Source: Mobula hypostoma (Eukaryota). Taken from it: DNA of 64,000 nt. Below are positions 39,315 through 51,102 of this stretch, one piece after another. Position 1 is the first letter of the stretch. Every line of letters starts with the position of its first letter. The stretch is taken from the NCBI RefSeq assembly GCF_963921235.1, contig NC_086097.1, positions 194,186,001-194,250,000 on the forward strand, written 5' to 3'. The position numbers were made by a program, and so were the translations under genes. The notes beneath the pieces are model-generated. The model was not told the origin of the DNA. It worked only from the letters and a program-made list of their open reading frames with translations, and did not search any database.

Positions 39315-41354
39315 CTGTAACAACAACAGTGGAAGTTTCAAAGAGTGGCAAATAACTTATGTTAACAAAATTATAATACAAGATTTGGCCAACAATTTCT
39401 TAGTAGGACAAAATTAAAATGAACTTGATTTAACCCAGGTTGAGATTCATTTCAATTATAAAAAGGCTGCTCAATTTTTGTGCAAAACTAGACTGATCAA
39501 ACTCAAAACTGATGTTGGATTTATGAAAAAAAAACATTTCATGTGGCTCTTTCTGACTCACTTTCAAGTTGCCTGCTTTACAGATCTACTTGTCCCTTTT
39601 CTTAAGTTTCAAACAAAAATTTGGCTTATTTACAAAACTTTGGAAACTGGCATAATAAAATGCAGATACACACTAGTGAAAAAATATACGCAGCATAACC
39701 CAATGTGCAACCTCTGCTTTACCATCACATCTATATTGAATCACAGAGCTCAGAAACAGCCTCTTTGGCTCAACCTTGTTACCGACGAGCTAGTTCAAGT
39801 TTGTCCAACATTCCATTAAACCTTTTATATCCATATATCAATCCAAATGCCTTTTGAATGTTGGAATTCTGTCTGCCTCTATTACTTCCCTCAAGCAGCA
39901 CATTCTGCAAGTGAGGTGCCAACAGCTAATGTTGTTCCATTCATTGTATAAAAAAAAGCTCTGAGCCAGGAAATTATAGGCTGGTGAACCTGGCATCAGT
40001 AGTAAGTTATTAGAAAGCATTCCAAAGAACTTGATATATGAGTATTTGGATAGGCAAGGATGGCTTTGTGCATGGTAGGTCCTGCATAAACAACCTTAAA
40101 GAGTTTTTCGAGGAAGTTACCAGGAAAGTTGATGAAGGGAAGGCAATGGATATTGTTTACATGGACTTTTGCAAGGCTTTTGAGAAGCTTGGTTTAGAAG
40201 CTTACAATGCTTGCCATTCAGGATAAGGTAGTAAACTGGATTAGATATTGCCTTTGTGGGAGAAGCCAGAGAGTGAGAATGGATGGTTGCCTCTCCAGGA
40301 GGGCTGTGACTAGAGGTGCCGCAGGGATCAGTGCTGGGACTTTTTGTTATCTATATCAACAATCTGGATGATTATGTGGTAAACATGGATGAACAAATCT
40401 GTGGATGATACCAAGATTGGGGGCATAGTTGAAAGCAAGGAAGGATGTCAAAGCTTGCAACAGGATTTGCAGCAGTTGGAATAATCGCAGATGGAATGTA
40501 ATGCAGATAAATGTGAGGTGTTGTGCTTTAGGAGGACAAACAGGGTAGGATTTATAACATGAGAGGTAGGGCACTGAGGAGTACAGTAGAACAGAGGGAT
40601 CTGGGACTACAGATCCATAATTTCTTGAAAGTGGCATCACAGGTAGATAGGGTTGTAAAGAGAGCTTTCCGTACATTGGTATACAAATCGAAGTACTGAG
40701 TACAGGAGTTGGGATGTTATGTTAAAGTTGTTTATAAGGCATTGTTGGGGCCTAATTTCAAGTATTGTGTACAATTCCGATTTCCTGCCTACAGAAAAAA
40801 TGTCAATAAGACTGAAAGAGTGCAGAAACAAATTACAAGGATGGTGCTGGGACTTGAGACCTGAGATATTGGGGAAGTTTGAATAGGTTAGGACTTTATT
40901 CTAGTGTAGGAGAATGAGGGGGGGGGGGATTTGATAGAGGTATACAAAATTAAGGGTTATAGATAGGGTAAATACAAACAGCTGTTCTCCATGAGGTTGG
41001 ATGAGACTAGAACCAGAGGTCCTAGGTTATGGGTGAAGGGTGAAATGTTTAAGGGGAACATGAGAGCAAGCGTCTTCACTCAGGGGGTAGTGAAACGTGG
41101 AATGAGTTGCCATTGGAAGTGGCAGGTGCAGGTTTGATTTCAAAATTTAAGAGAAATTTGGATAGGTAAATAGATGAGAGGGTGTGGAGGGCTGTACAGG
41201 TCAATGGGACTAGGTAGAATAATAAAAACAACAGGAATTCTGCAGATGCTGGAAATTCAAGCAAACACACATCAAAGTTGCTGGTGAACGCAGCAGGCCA
41301 GGCAGCATCTGTAGGAAGAGGTGCAGTCAACGTTTCAGGCCGAAACGTCGACGT

Positions 41355-42431
41355 TTCCTTCGCTACATCGACGACTGCATTGGTGCTGCTTCCTGCACGC
41401 ATGCAGAACTCGTTGACTTTATTAACTTTGCCTCCAACTTTCACCCTCCCCTCAAGTTTACCTGGTCCATTTCCGACACCTCCCTCCCCTTTCTAGATCT
41501 TTCTGTCTCTGTCTCTGGAGACAGCTTATCCACTGATGTCTACTATAAGCCTACTGACTCTCACAGCTATCTGGACTATTCCTCTTCTCACCCTGTCTCT
41601 CGCAAAAACACCATCCCCTTCTTGCAATTACTCCACCTCCGCCGCATCTGCTCTCAGGATGAGGCTTTTCATTCTAGGACGAGGGAGATGTCTTCCTTTT
41701 TTAAAGAAAGGGGCTTCCCTTCCTCCATTATCAACTCTGCTCTTAAACGCATCTCCCCCATTTCACGTACATCTGCTCTCACCCCATCCTCCCGCCACCC
41801 CACTAGGAATAGGGTTCCCCTGGTCCTCACCTACCACCCCACCAGCTTCTGGGTCCAACATATTATTCTCCGTAACTTCCGCCACCTCCAACAGGATCCC
41901 ACCACTAAGCACATCTTTCCCTTCCCCCCTCTCTTTGCATTCCACAGGGATCGCTCCCTACGCAACTCCCTTGTCCATTCCTCCCCCCCATCCCTCCCCA
42001 CTGATCTCCCTCCTGGCACTTATCCGTGTAAGCGGAACAAGTGCTACACATGCCCTTACACTTCCTCCCTTACCACCATTCAGGGCCCCAAACAGTCCTT
42101 CCAGGTGAGGCAACACTTCACCTGTGAGTCGACTGGGGTGATATACTGCGTCCGGTGCTCCCGATGTGGCCTTTTATATATTGGCGAGACCCGACGCAGA
42201 CTGGGAGACCGCTTTGCTGAACACCTACGTTCTGTCCGCCAGAGAAAGCAGGATCTCCCAGTGACCACACATTTTAATTCCACATCCCATTCCCATTCTG
42301 ACATGTCTATCCACGGCCTCCTCTACTGTAAAGATGAAGCCACACTCAGGTTGGAGGAACAACACCTTATATTCCGTCTGGGTAGCCTCCAACCTGATGG
42401 CATGAACATCGACTTCTCTAACTTCTGCTAA
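41355..42431 (+). CDS. Uninterrupted but 5'-truncated Penelope ORF: RT C-terminus (FLRYIDD) and GIY-YIG endonuclease
   Basis: Read by hand: FLRYIDDCIG..LPFLDL..YYKPTDSHSYL continues in frame into ORF 41622-42431 with VIYCVRC..C..LYIGETRRRL..RF.EH. Confidence 0.9.
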   Translation, partial: FLRYIDDCIGAASCTHAELVDFINFASNFHPPLKFTWSISDTSLPFLDLSVSVSGDSLSTDVYYKPTDSHSYLDYSSSHPVSRKNTIPFLQLLHLRRICSQDEAFHSRTREMSSFFKERGFPSSIINSALKRISPISRTSALTPSSRHPTRNRVPLVLTYHPTSFWVQHIILRNFRHLQQDPTTKHIFPFPPLFAFHRDRSLRNSLVHSSPPSLPTDLPPGTYPCKRNKCYTCPYTSSLTTIQGPKQSFQVRQHFTCESTGVIYCVRCSRCGLLYIGETRRRLGDRFAEHLRSVRQRKQDLPVTTHFNSTSHSHSDMSIHGLLYCKDEATLRLEEQHLIFRLGSLQPDGMNIDFSNFC

Positions 42432-42726
42432 GGCCCCACCTCCCCCCTCGTACCCCATCTGTTACTTATTTTTATGCACACATTCTTTCTCTCACTCTCC
42501 TTTTTCTCCCTCTGTCCCTCTGAATATACCTCTTGCCCATCCTCTGGGTCCCCCCCCCCTTGTCTTTCTTCCCGGACCTCCTGTCCCATGATCCTCTCGT
42601 ATCCCCTTTTGCCTATCACCTGTCCAGCTCATGGCTCTATCCCTCCCCCTCCTGTCTTCTCCTATCATTTTGGATCTCCCCCTCCTCCTCCAACTTTCAA
42701 ATCCCTTACTCACTCTTCCTTCAGTT

Positions 42727-42762
42727 AGTCCTGACGAAGGGTCTCAGCCTGAAACGTCGACT
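42727..42762 (+). ncRNA. Minimal hammerhead ribozyme motif in Penelope terminal repeat
   Basis: AGUC-CUGACGA-AGG(GUCUCAG)CCU-GAAA-C-GUC-GACU. Confidence 0.8.
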
Positions 42763-44022
42763 GTACCTCTTCCTAGAGATGCTGCCTGGCCTGCTGCGTT
42801 CACCAGCAACTTTGATGTGTGTTAGGTAGAATAATAGTTCAGCACAGACTAACTAGACCAAAGGGCCTATTTCTGGGCCTATTCTAGTTTCATACTTCTC
42901 CATCCTTGGGAAAAAGACTGTGACCATCCACCCATCTATGCCCCTCTTACTTTATATTCTCTTCTAAGGTTATCCCTCAACCTCCTATGCTCCAAAAATG
43001 GAACACAGATAAAATAATTCAACTATATATAAAGAGTACACAGAATTTTTATCATACACAAAATATGCAAGCAGCAGCATACGCCAGCTCACACCTCAAC
43101 CCCGTCCTTCCATTCAGTGTGATTATGGTTGGTCTGCCTCGGTCCCTTTTCTGCTAGTTGCCTATCTAGTCATGGTTCCTTAAGAATCTCATGTTACAAG
43201 ATTATGCTTCTACATTCTACATTAAAAAAAATACAGTAAGAACCAAAGAACCCAAACTGTACTCTATGTGTGACCTTGCCAATATGATGTATAATTATAA
43301 CAATACTTGCCCATTTCTAAACTCCAATCCCTTTCCAATAAAGGCTAATAACATAAGCCATTTTCTTCCTAACCTTTTGTGATTCATGCACAAGAACACC
43401 AAGATTCCACTGCAATCCACACATTTGCAACCCCTCTCCGTCTAGCTAAAAGTCTGCCTTTTGATTTATCTTACTGAAGGTATGAATCTCACAATTCTCC
43501 ACTTTAAAAGGTTTTGCTTATTCGCTCAAGAGTTTACGAATTTGCTCCATGATTAAATAAGTTTTTTCCTAGTCCTTCAGTTTCCTCCTGCATATCAGAG
43601 ATATGCTGGTGGATTAATTACTGCTGTGGTAGGAGACGCAGGAGAATTAAAATATCTGAGAAAGGGTGGGTTAAAGGAAATAAAATGGTGAAGGAGTTTG
43701 ATGGGAGTATTCTAGAGCCAGTCAAACTCAATGGGCCTTACAACCATTTCCTATGTTGTCAAGAAATACGAAAAAACCAGAGAAAATGGGAGAATGAAAA
43801 TAAGAGTCCTCATAAGCAGGGCAGGCGGCGGCTCAGTCAAATGAAAACAGTCTACGGGCCTGTAGTAGGTTGGTAACTAATCTTCTGAGATGATAAATCA
43901 GTTGGAGATGGACTACATATAGAGAACTGTAGAAATTGACAACGAGAAACAAAATTTCAGATTTTATTTAACAGGAGGAAGCAATACCAATAACTTCTAT
44001 GAGTTAAATTGGATTTACTTAC

Positions 44023-44175
44023 AGAAATAACAGATGATCCATGGTTGAGTTCATACTCCAGAAAGTTGAATTTTCCCTGAAACTGAGGAATCTCATTATC
44101 GTCTTCAGTTGTACTTCTAATTGTGACCACCAACATGCCACAAATATCCCCTCCAGCTGCATTGTTGTATTCATC
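44023..44175 (-). CDS. SMCHD1: SMCHD1 exon DEYNNAAGGDICGMLVVTIRSTTEDDNEIPQFQGKFNFLEYELNHGSSVIS
   Basis: AAACAG acceptor, GTAAGT donor, 153 nt open, phase 0 to 0. Confidence 0.9.
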
Positions 44176-45380
44176 CTGTTTGTGAAGAACAAGTCACCAA
44201 GTGTACATTACTTTAATACAAGTATATCTGGTGTACGTGCCTATTCATGACAGCAAACTAAGAAGTTTGAACTGAACCAGAAAGAATTACTCAGATCCTT
44301 GCAAGGTTGTCCATAAAATAAACAAGTAAAAAAAATCATACTAACAGCTTAGATAAAAGGGAGATCAAATTTCCAGGGTGTAGCTGGTCTCCCTAATTCT
44401 ATTCCCCATAAATAGAGTCATCCAAAATTTTGCAGTTCATATCTTTATTGCATTTTTTTTATCTGCCTTGGTCTCCAGTTAAGCAATGACTTAACTTTAA
44501 AAGTAATCTTATTCAAGTTTTTCATTCCAATAAATCAATTTCAATTCCCTCAATGTTGTTGTTAACTTCATCAACAAACACAGTCATCAGGTAGGTTAAT
44601 AGTGATCTGCCTTTAATCATTCACACTACCATTTACTAACAAATCCTCACCGGGCTGAGTGATTTTTAATATATCTGTGATTATCATCCTAGTGCTGGTC
44701 AGAAAGAAGTATAGTCTACAAATCAATGAATTTGAATGAATTAAGGACAGTGGAAGCAGACAAATCAATTTTCTTTGTTCTTGCCATGTTAGTAGATAGA
44801 GGCTTCTATTTTGTGAAGCTATTCTGTAACGTCTATCTTGTGAACTGTTTGAGAACTGATACTTGTTCTAGGATAATCTAATCAGAGCAACTGAATGGCA
44901 TCACAAGGAGCAAATGCTATCATTCTCAGATAAGCTATGTGTTGTGTACTATGGCAGGTTTGCAGAAGTTATTTTGGTCCTGAGTCTGAGTGGCCTTGTT
45001 TGACTGGTTTGAACCAGCCAGAGTTAAAAAGAACAAACGTATGGGGCTAAGGGCAGAGACCATAGAAAATCCTGTTTGTAGCCCTGGACCAGAGCCAATA
45101 AGATGACCCAGATTGGCCAGGTGACCATGAGCCAACAGGATGGAGAAGTATCATTTGACCTGATGAGGAACACTAAGAGTTTCAAATTCAAAATATTGAT
45201 AACTCTCCAACACCAGAGACCAATGATCGTGGATGTAAAGTACCGCACGGACACATGGAGATTGGAGTGGGAGCACGAAGAACATATAGCCAGCATAGAC
45301 TCCTTTTACTGGTATTATCTTTCTTGTCTGTTCATGGAGGGTCAGGAAAAATTGGGTGTGCACACAGGTATTCTGTTGTG

Positions 45381-46015
45381 AAAATAGGGTAGTTAAGAAA
45401 GCTTATGGGGTGTTAGCTTTCATAAGTCGAGGGATAGAGTTTAAGAGTTGCGATGTAATGATGCAGCTCTATAAAACTCTGGTTAGGCCACACTTGGAGT
45501 ACTGTGTCCAGTTCTGGTCACCTCACTGTAGGAAGGATGTGGAAGCATTGGAAAGGGTACAGAGGAGATTTACCAGGATGCTGCCTGGTTTAAGAGAGTA
45601 TGCATTATGATCAGACATTAAGGGAGCTAGGGCTTTACTCTTTGGAGAGGAGGAGGATGAGAGGAGACATGATAGAGGTGTACAAGATAATAAGAGGAAT
45701 AGATAGAGTGGATAGCCAGCACCTCTTCCCCAGGGCACCACTGCTCAATACAAGAGGACATGGCTTTAAGGTAAGGGGTGGGAAGTTCAAGGGGGTTATT
45801 AGAGGAAGGTTTTTTACTCAGAGAGTGGTTGGTGCATGGAATGCACTGCCTGAGTCAGTGGTGGAAGCAGATACACTAGTGAAGTTTAAGAGACTACTAG
45901 ACAGGTATATGGAGGAATTTAATTGGGGGCTTATATGTGAGGCAGGGTTTGAGGGTCAGCATAACATTGTGGGCCAAAGGGCCTGTACTGTGCTGTACTG
46001 TTCTATGTTTCTATG
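45381..46015 (+). mobile_element. Young CR1 3' fragment, same family as 36461-37181, opposite orientation
   Basis: LVRPHLEYCVQFWSP..LERVQRRFTRMLPG; near-identical to the reverse complement of 36461-37090. Confidence 0.93.
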
Positions 46016-47256
46016 TAAAATTCATGTGTTCTTTTGTTGAGACAATAAAGGTACTTGTTGGTATTTACAGATTCTCTCCACACCTCTCTGATCATTAATA
46101 CTAAGGGGTAGATCCTTGTAATACTAGGCATCCCCATCATCAGGGATAAACCGACTACCCTGTGGTTGCTGGATTTATCCATCTATGCCTTCTTGGACAA
46201 AGGTCACAATTCTTCAATAATTAGGTACCTTCCCTATATAAAGATATTTGGAAGATCATCGTACACTTGCACAATTTTTACCTCTGCTTTCTCTAATAAC
46301 TTACTGGATCGATGGAATATATCCATTTTAAGTGTAGCAACTGCTGGCCAACTAAAATTGTTACCAAGGTAGATGCTACTGCAGGTCAAGACCAAAAAAA
46401 AACTCATTTGGTGTCTCAGCCATGTCCATTGCCTCAATAAGCAATTTCATTTTGGTCCCAATTGGCACTAGGTCTGCTTATTACCTGTTTATTGCTTGCG
46501 TATCTATAAAAGATTTTTTGTTCTCATGTGCTTTTCTTTTCCCTTTTCTATTCTCAACCTCCCATAAATCTTGTTTCTCACTTGTTAACAAATTACATTC
46601 TTGCAAGTATCTCAAATTAATTCTGAGTTAAAGCCAGTTGGTGCAGTGAATAGTACCCTCATGTCCTTTTCTCTTCCAGAATATTTACTGAAACATCCCC
46701 TTACTTCTTCAGCAACTTGCCTTAGCTGTTCGATATCCCTGAACACTATCCAATTGCAAATTCCTGTCGTCCCTCATCTGAATAAAACATCTAACTCTAC
46801 TAGGGCATTGAAAGCAATCACAACTAGTCATGATGTACACTCTGCTATGAATGCTTTACTTTGTTTCACAATAATTCTACAATCTTTTCATGGTTGATCA
46901 CGACGTGCCTCAACACACTCCTCTGCTAATTACATTGGTGTGGATAAACAAAACACAAGCAAAAATAATTCATGTTTTAATAGCCAGATTCACCAACTAC
47001 AATCAGAGTTACCCACACAGAATGTAATAAAAACCTATCTTCCTGACTGATGAAGTAAAGCTCACAGGAAAACTCACCTAAGGATTGAAAGAATTAGGCT
47101 CAATAATGACATGCTCCACAAATAATTTACTGACAAACATCATAGAAACTGAGCAATATTATGAAATTATGCTAGTTTTCTTGAGCATTATATTTAAATG
47201 AGAAGATAATTACAAATTAACAATTACATTCAACATTATAACAAAAATCTTGTTAC

Positions 47257-47388
47257 CATGATCTTCAAGCACATATTTTTAACCAATGTGCGATGGGCAA
47301 CATTACGGACATTTGAGACAGTAGGAGTTGCTGGCGGCTCTTCTGGCATTAATTTCATAGGTTCACCAGGTACCACATTCAAAGTAAT
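47257..47388 (-). CDS. SMCHD1: SMCHD1 exon ITLNVVPGEPMKLMPEEPPATPTVSNVRNVAHRTLVKNMCLKIM
   Basis: TTCTAG acceptor, GTAACA donor, 132 nt; TP.VSNVR.VA.RTLV motif. Confidence 0.93.
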
Positions 47389-47710
47389 CTAGAATGAAAA
47401 TAACGGAAAAAGAAAGGGACATAACAGAGTAAATGCACACTAAGCACCAATGCAGTAAATCAACATATTGACAAGGTAATAACAAATGAACTAGAAATTC
47501 CCTAAAGATAGTTAAGCAATGTAAAAGGGGCGAGTAAATCATTGAGTGGTATGGAAATTGATGATAAAGGAACTCTTCTTATAAAAAGTTTCGGAGGAGT
47601 TGGATGGTGGAGGTAATAAAATTAAGGCACTAGCACAAAAGTTGACACAGAAGTAGTTTAATAATAGTTACAAAATCTTTAAAAAGGTTTTAGCACCAAC
47701 AGCAACATAC

Positions 47711-47795
47711 CTGCTCACCATAGAGCATATTTTTGTCCTGTGAATAAGCAAATTGAATGGAATGAACTCCTATCCGCTCTGGAAGGACTTTATCC
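47711..47795 (-). CDS. SMCHD1: SMCHD1 exon DKVLPERIGVHSIQFAYSQDKNMLYGEQ
   Basis: TTTCAG acceptor, GTATGT donor, phase 2 to 0. Confidence 0.92.
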
Positions 47796-47894
47796 CTGAA
47801 ATCATAAAATAAGCTTGTAAAGTGGCGAATATTTTTGGAACACATTAAGAAAACAAGAAAAAAAAATATTTTTATTATCTTTTTAATCTTCAGT

Positions 47895-48655
47895 TTTCCC
47901 TCTGGAAGTGGAGGACATGCAAGGGTGCTTCACGAAGCAGTCTCCAATCTACAATGGGTGTACAGGAGTTCACACTGGAACACCAGATACAGTTGACAAT
48001 CCCAACAGAATCAGAGGTGAAATGTCATCTCACCAAGAAGAACTGTTTGGGGCCATGAATGGTGGTGAGGAAGAAGGTATAGGGTAGATGTAGCACGTCC
48101 TGTTTGCAGGGTTAAGTCTCCTTTGCTCTGTCCACCACAAAAGATGGGTTTACTCCTTTTCTCACACATCGATCCATGGCCTCGTCTATTGCCACAATGA
48201 GGGCATACTCATGTTGAAAGAACAACACCTCATATTCCGTCTGGATAGCCTCCTAACTGACAACATGAACATTGTAGTTTCTTCCCTCTTCTCTCTTATT
48301 CCATTCCCCATTCTGGCTCCCTTCTTACCCCTTCTCTTCTTTCACCTGCTCATCACCTACCTCTGGTGCCCTCCTCCTTCCCTTTTACCTCATGGTTCAC
48401 TCTCCTCACCTATTCCTTCTTCAGCCCTTTGGCTCTTCTATGTATCTTCTCACTTCATCCCCCTCCCCCAACATCCCCCTCACTTGGTTTTATCCATCAC
48501 CTGACAGTCTGTATGCCTCACCTCCCCCAACCTTATTCTGCCATCTTCCCCCTTCTTTTCCAGTGCCAATGACCTCAGCTCGAAACATCGACTATTTATT
48601 ACTCTCCAAAGATGCCGCCCAACCTGCTGAGTTTCTTCAGCATACTGTGGGTGTT
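47895..48655. mobile_element. Old Penelope-like remnant with internal inversion
   Basis: Minus-strand GIY-YIG remnant about 47900-48115 followed by plus-strand LKEQHLIFRL and a degenerate terminal repeat. Confidence 0.65.
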
Positions 48656-49567
48656 ACTTTAATCATAGATTTGGGATGTGCTGTGGAGAAGTCTTGGACT
48701 GATGGCATACATGACAAGAGTTAAAAAATCATATGATATAGGAGTCAAATTAGGTCTTTTGGCCCATTTAATCATTGCTGATTTCTTTTCCCAACCTCAT
48801 TTTGTCGTTTTCTTCCCATAACTCTTCATCCCTCCAACAACACAAACCTACCTTTGTCTTAAATACAGTCAACGACTAGGTCTTCACAGCGTTCTATAGC
48901 ACTGAATTCTTTCAAAACCTTCTGACTGAAAAAAATCCTCACCTCAGTTTTAAAGGGATGTCTCTTCATTTTGATACTGTGCGCTCAGATCCTAAACTCT
49001 TCTACTCATGGAAACATCTTTACAGCAGTTTCAATGTGATCACACCCGTCTAACTCCCACTCCCTTATCCATCGACCTGAATTCCACAGAGTACAGGCAC
49101 AACTATCAGAGGGCTTTTGATGGCTGCAGAGTTGCTTAACAGAATGCAATAAGCTACCCCTGCTGAGTAGAATATATGTTGTCCTGCACAGGCTTCTTAA
49201 TTTTAGGAATGGCTAATGCTGCATTTGCCTACTTCTCTGCACATCATTGAACTTTGCTTGGTGAAAATATTAAAGTGACAATAGTACAAAATTATGAGAT
49301 GATATTGTGGATAAATAAAATGAACTGCAATAACATATAATTAGGTAAACTGAAAGCTTGGTAACACATGCTACAGCATGTTAACACATTTCCACCAAGT
49401 TACAACTGAATTTTAGAAACGTTTAAGCTTTTGTTCTACATATTAATAAATCTGACAAACACCAAAGAAAATGAGGTGATTTTCCAGAAAATTATTGCTA
49501 AATACAAATGGTCAATTTGAAAAAAAAACCATGAAATTGACTTAAATATACATTGTGAATACCATAC

Positions 49568-49629
49568 CTGAAATAAAAGCACCCCTCTTTGTCACCCTCT
49601 CGTGCTTTGTTGCAGTTTAGAATGGTGGG
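49568..49629 (-). CDS. SMCHD1: SMCHD1 exon PTILNCNKAREGDKEGCFYFR
   Basis: CTTTAG acceptor, GTATGG donor; CNK...DKE.GCFYFR motif. Confidence 0.92.
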
Positions 49630-50587
49630 CTAAAGATGAAAGTGCAAAGATCATTAAATGTTTGAATAAAGAGTACATTATGATGAACATAACAACAATA
49701 TTTACAATACATATAGATTCAACTTGAGAAACAAGACCCTTATTAAACTTTCCATTTCACAAAAGGACATTCACATAATTTGAACAGAATTCATAAAAAC
49801 TGTTGGTGATGGTGAAAAATGATTCATTCATCTTTCCAAAGTAGCAGTTAACATACAGTTCTTTCTTTAAAGAAATACCACAAAGACCTGGAAACTCTTC
49901 TTAATTTGTACACTCCCATTTAACCATACTACCATACTATTTTCACTTTCAAAGATCATGCATTTGGTTTTGGATAACAGTGGAAATTTTAGACGCATGT
50001 TAGAATGCCCTCCGTTTCTTTTGCTTGAGATAAGAGTGATGCATCTTTTTTGGTAGTATAATTGTCTCCTCTGTCTATTCCTCCTGAATGTAAAAGCTTA
50101 TACAAATAGTTCACTTTAAACTAAATGACAATAACATTGCAAGCTTTAAACCTCCCCTCAGAGTGGAAGATGAGAGTGGGTGTGGGTGGTTGCTATCAGT
50201 GGTGTGGAATGGGCCAAAGGACCTGTTTCCCTGCTGTAAGATTATAAGCCACAGGAATAGAATTAGGCCATTCATCCCAAAGGATCTAACTTGTGCTGTA
50301 TGGCTCAATGACTCTAATTATTGCCAACATCCTGCTCAAGATGAAGTTTGAAATTATCATACTTTAAAGTTACTCAATTATTTATTGTGTTTCTAGATGT
50401 CCATAATTGTACTTTACATTGCTTTTTAATTATGCACTTTAATGTGATTGGATTCTGTGACTAGTGGCGTTCCACAGGGATCTGTAACTGGACCCTTGCT
50501 GTTTATGATTTGGAGCTGGATGTGGGTGGCATGATGAGTTACTCTTCAGATGAAATTAAGATTGGTAGAAATGTTGACAGAGTAGAG

Positions 50588-50793
50588 CAGTGGTCCCCAA
50601 CCTCTGGGCCGCAAAGCATGCAGTGGTGCAGTGGTAGCCGGGAGTGTACCCAGCACATCTTTACGAAAAAAGCTGAAATAAACAAGCTAATTAATTAGGT
50701 GCAACCCGGGCCGACATCTTAAAGATGTGCTGGGTGCGTCCTGGCTACCACTGCACCCCTGCATGCTTCGCAGCCCGGAGGTGGGGACCACTG
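50588..50793. mobile_element. hAT (Charlie-like) MITE, 206 bp, long inverted arms
   Basis: CAGTGGTCCCCA..TGGGGACCACTG ends; 8-bp TSD GAGTAGAG at 50580-50587 and 50794-50801. Confidence 0.9.
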
Positions 50794-50998
50794 GAGTAGA
50801 GGGTATTCTTAGGCTACAGAGTAATATTATCAATGAAAAAAGCTGAGAAATGAAGTTTGTGATGCAATGATTATGAGAAGTGTTCTATGATTCTATGACT
50901 CTATGACTGACTCTTTCAATGGCTCTATTATCCCAGGAGATAGATGACAGGCTAAAAATTATGCTGTTTAATAATAAATGACTTTTTTAAAAACTTAC

Positions 50999-51102
50999 AT
51001 TTGATGTTGGTCGCTGTCCCTTCCAGATTCTCATTGTAATATCTGCTGGCTTAATATTCCTCATTGTAGTACCATCTTCAGAAATGACACTAACCACAAA
51101 AT
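50999..51102 (-). CDS. SMCHD1: SMCHD1 exon DFVVSVISEDGTTMRNIKPADITMRIWKGQRPTSN
   Basis: TTGTTAG acceptor, GTAAGT donor, phase matches neighbours; resembles human DFMISVISEDD..NINPARISMKMWK. Confidence 0.92.

Larger units (their letters stand above)
41225..42822 (+). mobile_element. Young 5'-truncated Penelope-like element with inverted partial terminal repeat at its 5' end and 14-bp TSD
   Basis: TAGGTAGAATAATA at 41211-41224 and 42823-42836; 41225-41345 is an inverted terminal-repeat copy. Confidence 0.95.
39940..42890 (+). mobile_element. Degenerate CR1 whose 3' end is split by the Penelope-like insertion
   Basis: GFV.GRSC..NL.EFFEEVT..VDEGKAMDIVYMDF; 3' end resumes after 42836. Confidence 0.8.

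Noticed and set aside
43500..43630. Possible HE1-type SINE remnant
   Set aside because: Too degraded; no clear Pol III boxes or TSD
45160..45190. CTGATGA-GGAAC..GTTTC-AAA hammerhead-like string and the 92-aa ORF 45103-45381
   Set aside because: No GAAA box or stem I; the ORF has no recognisable motif
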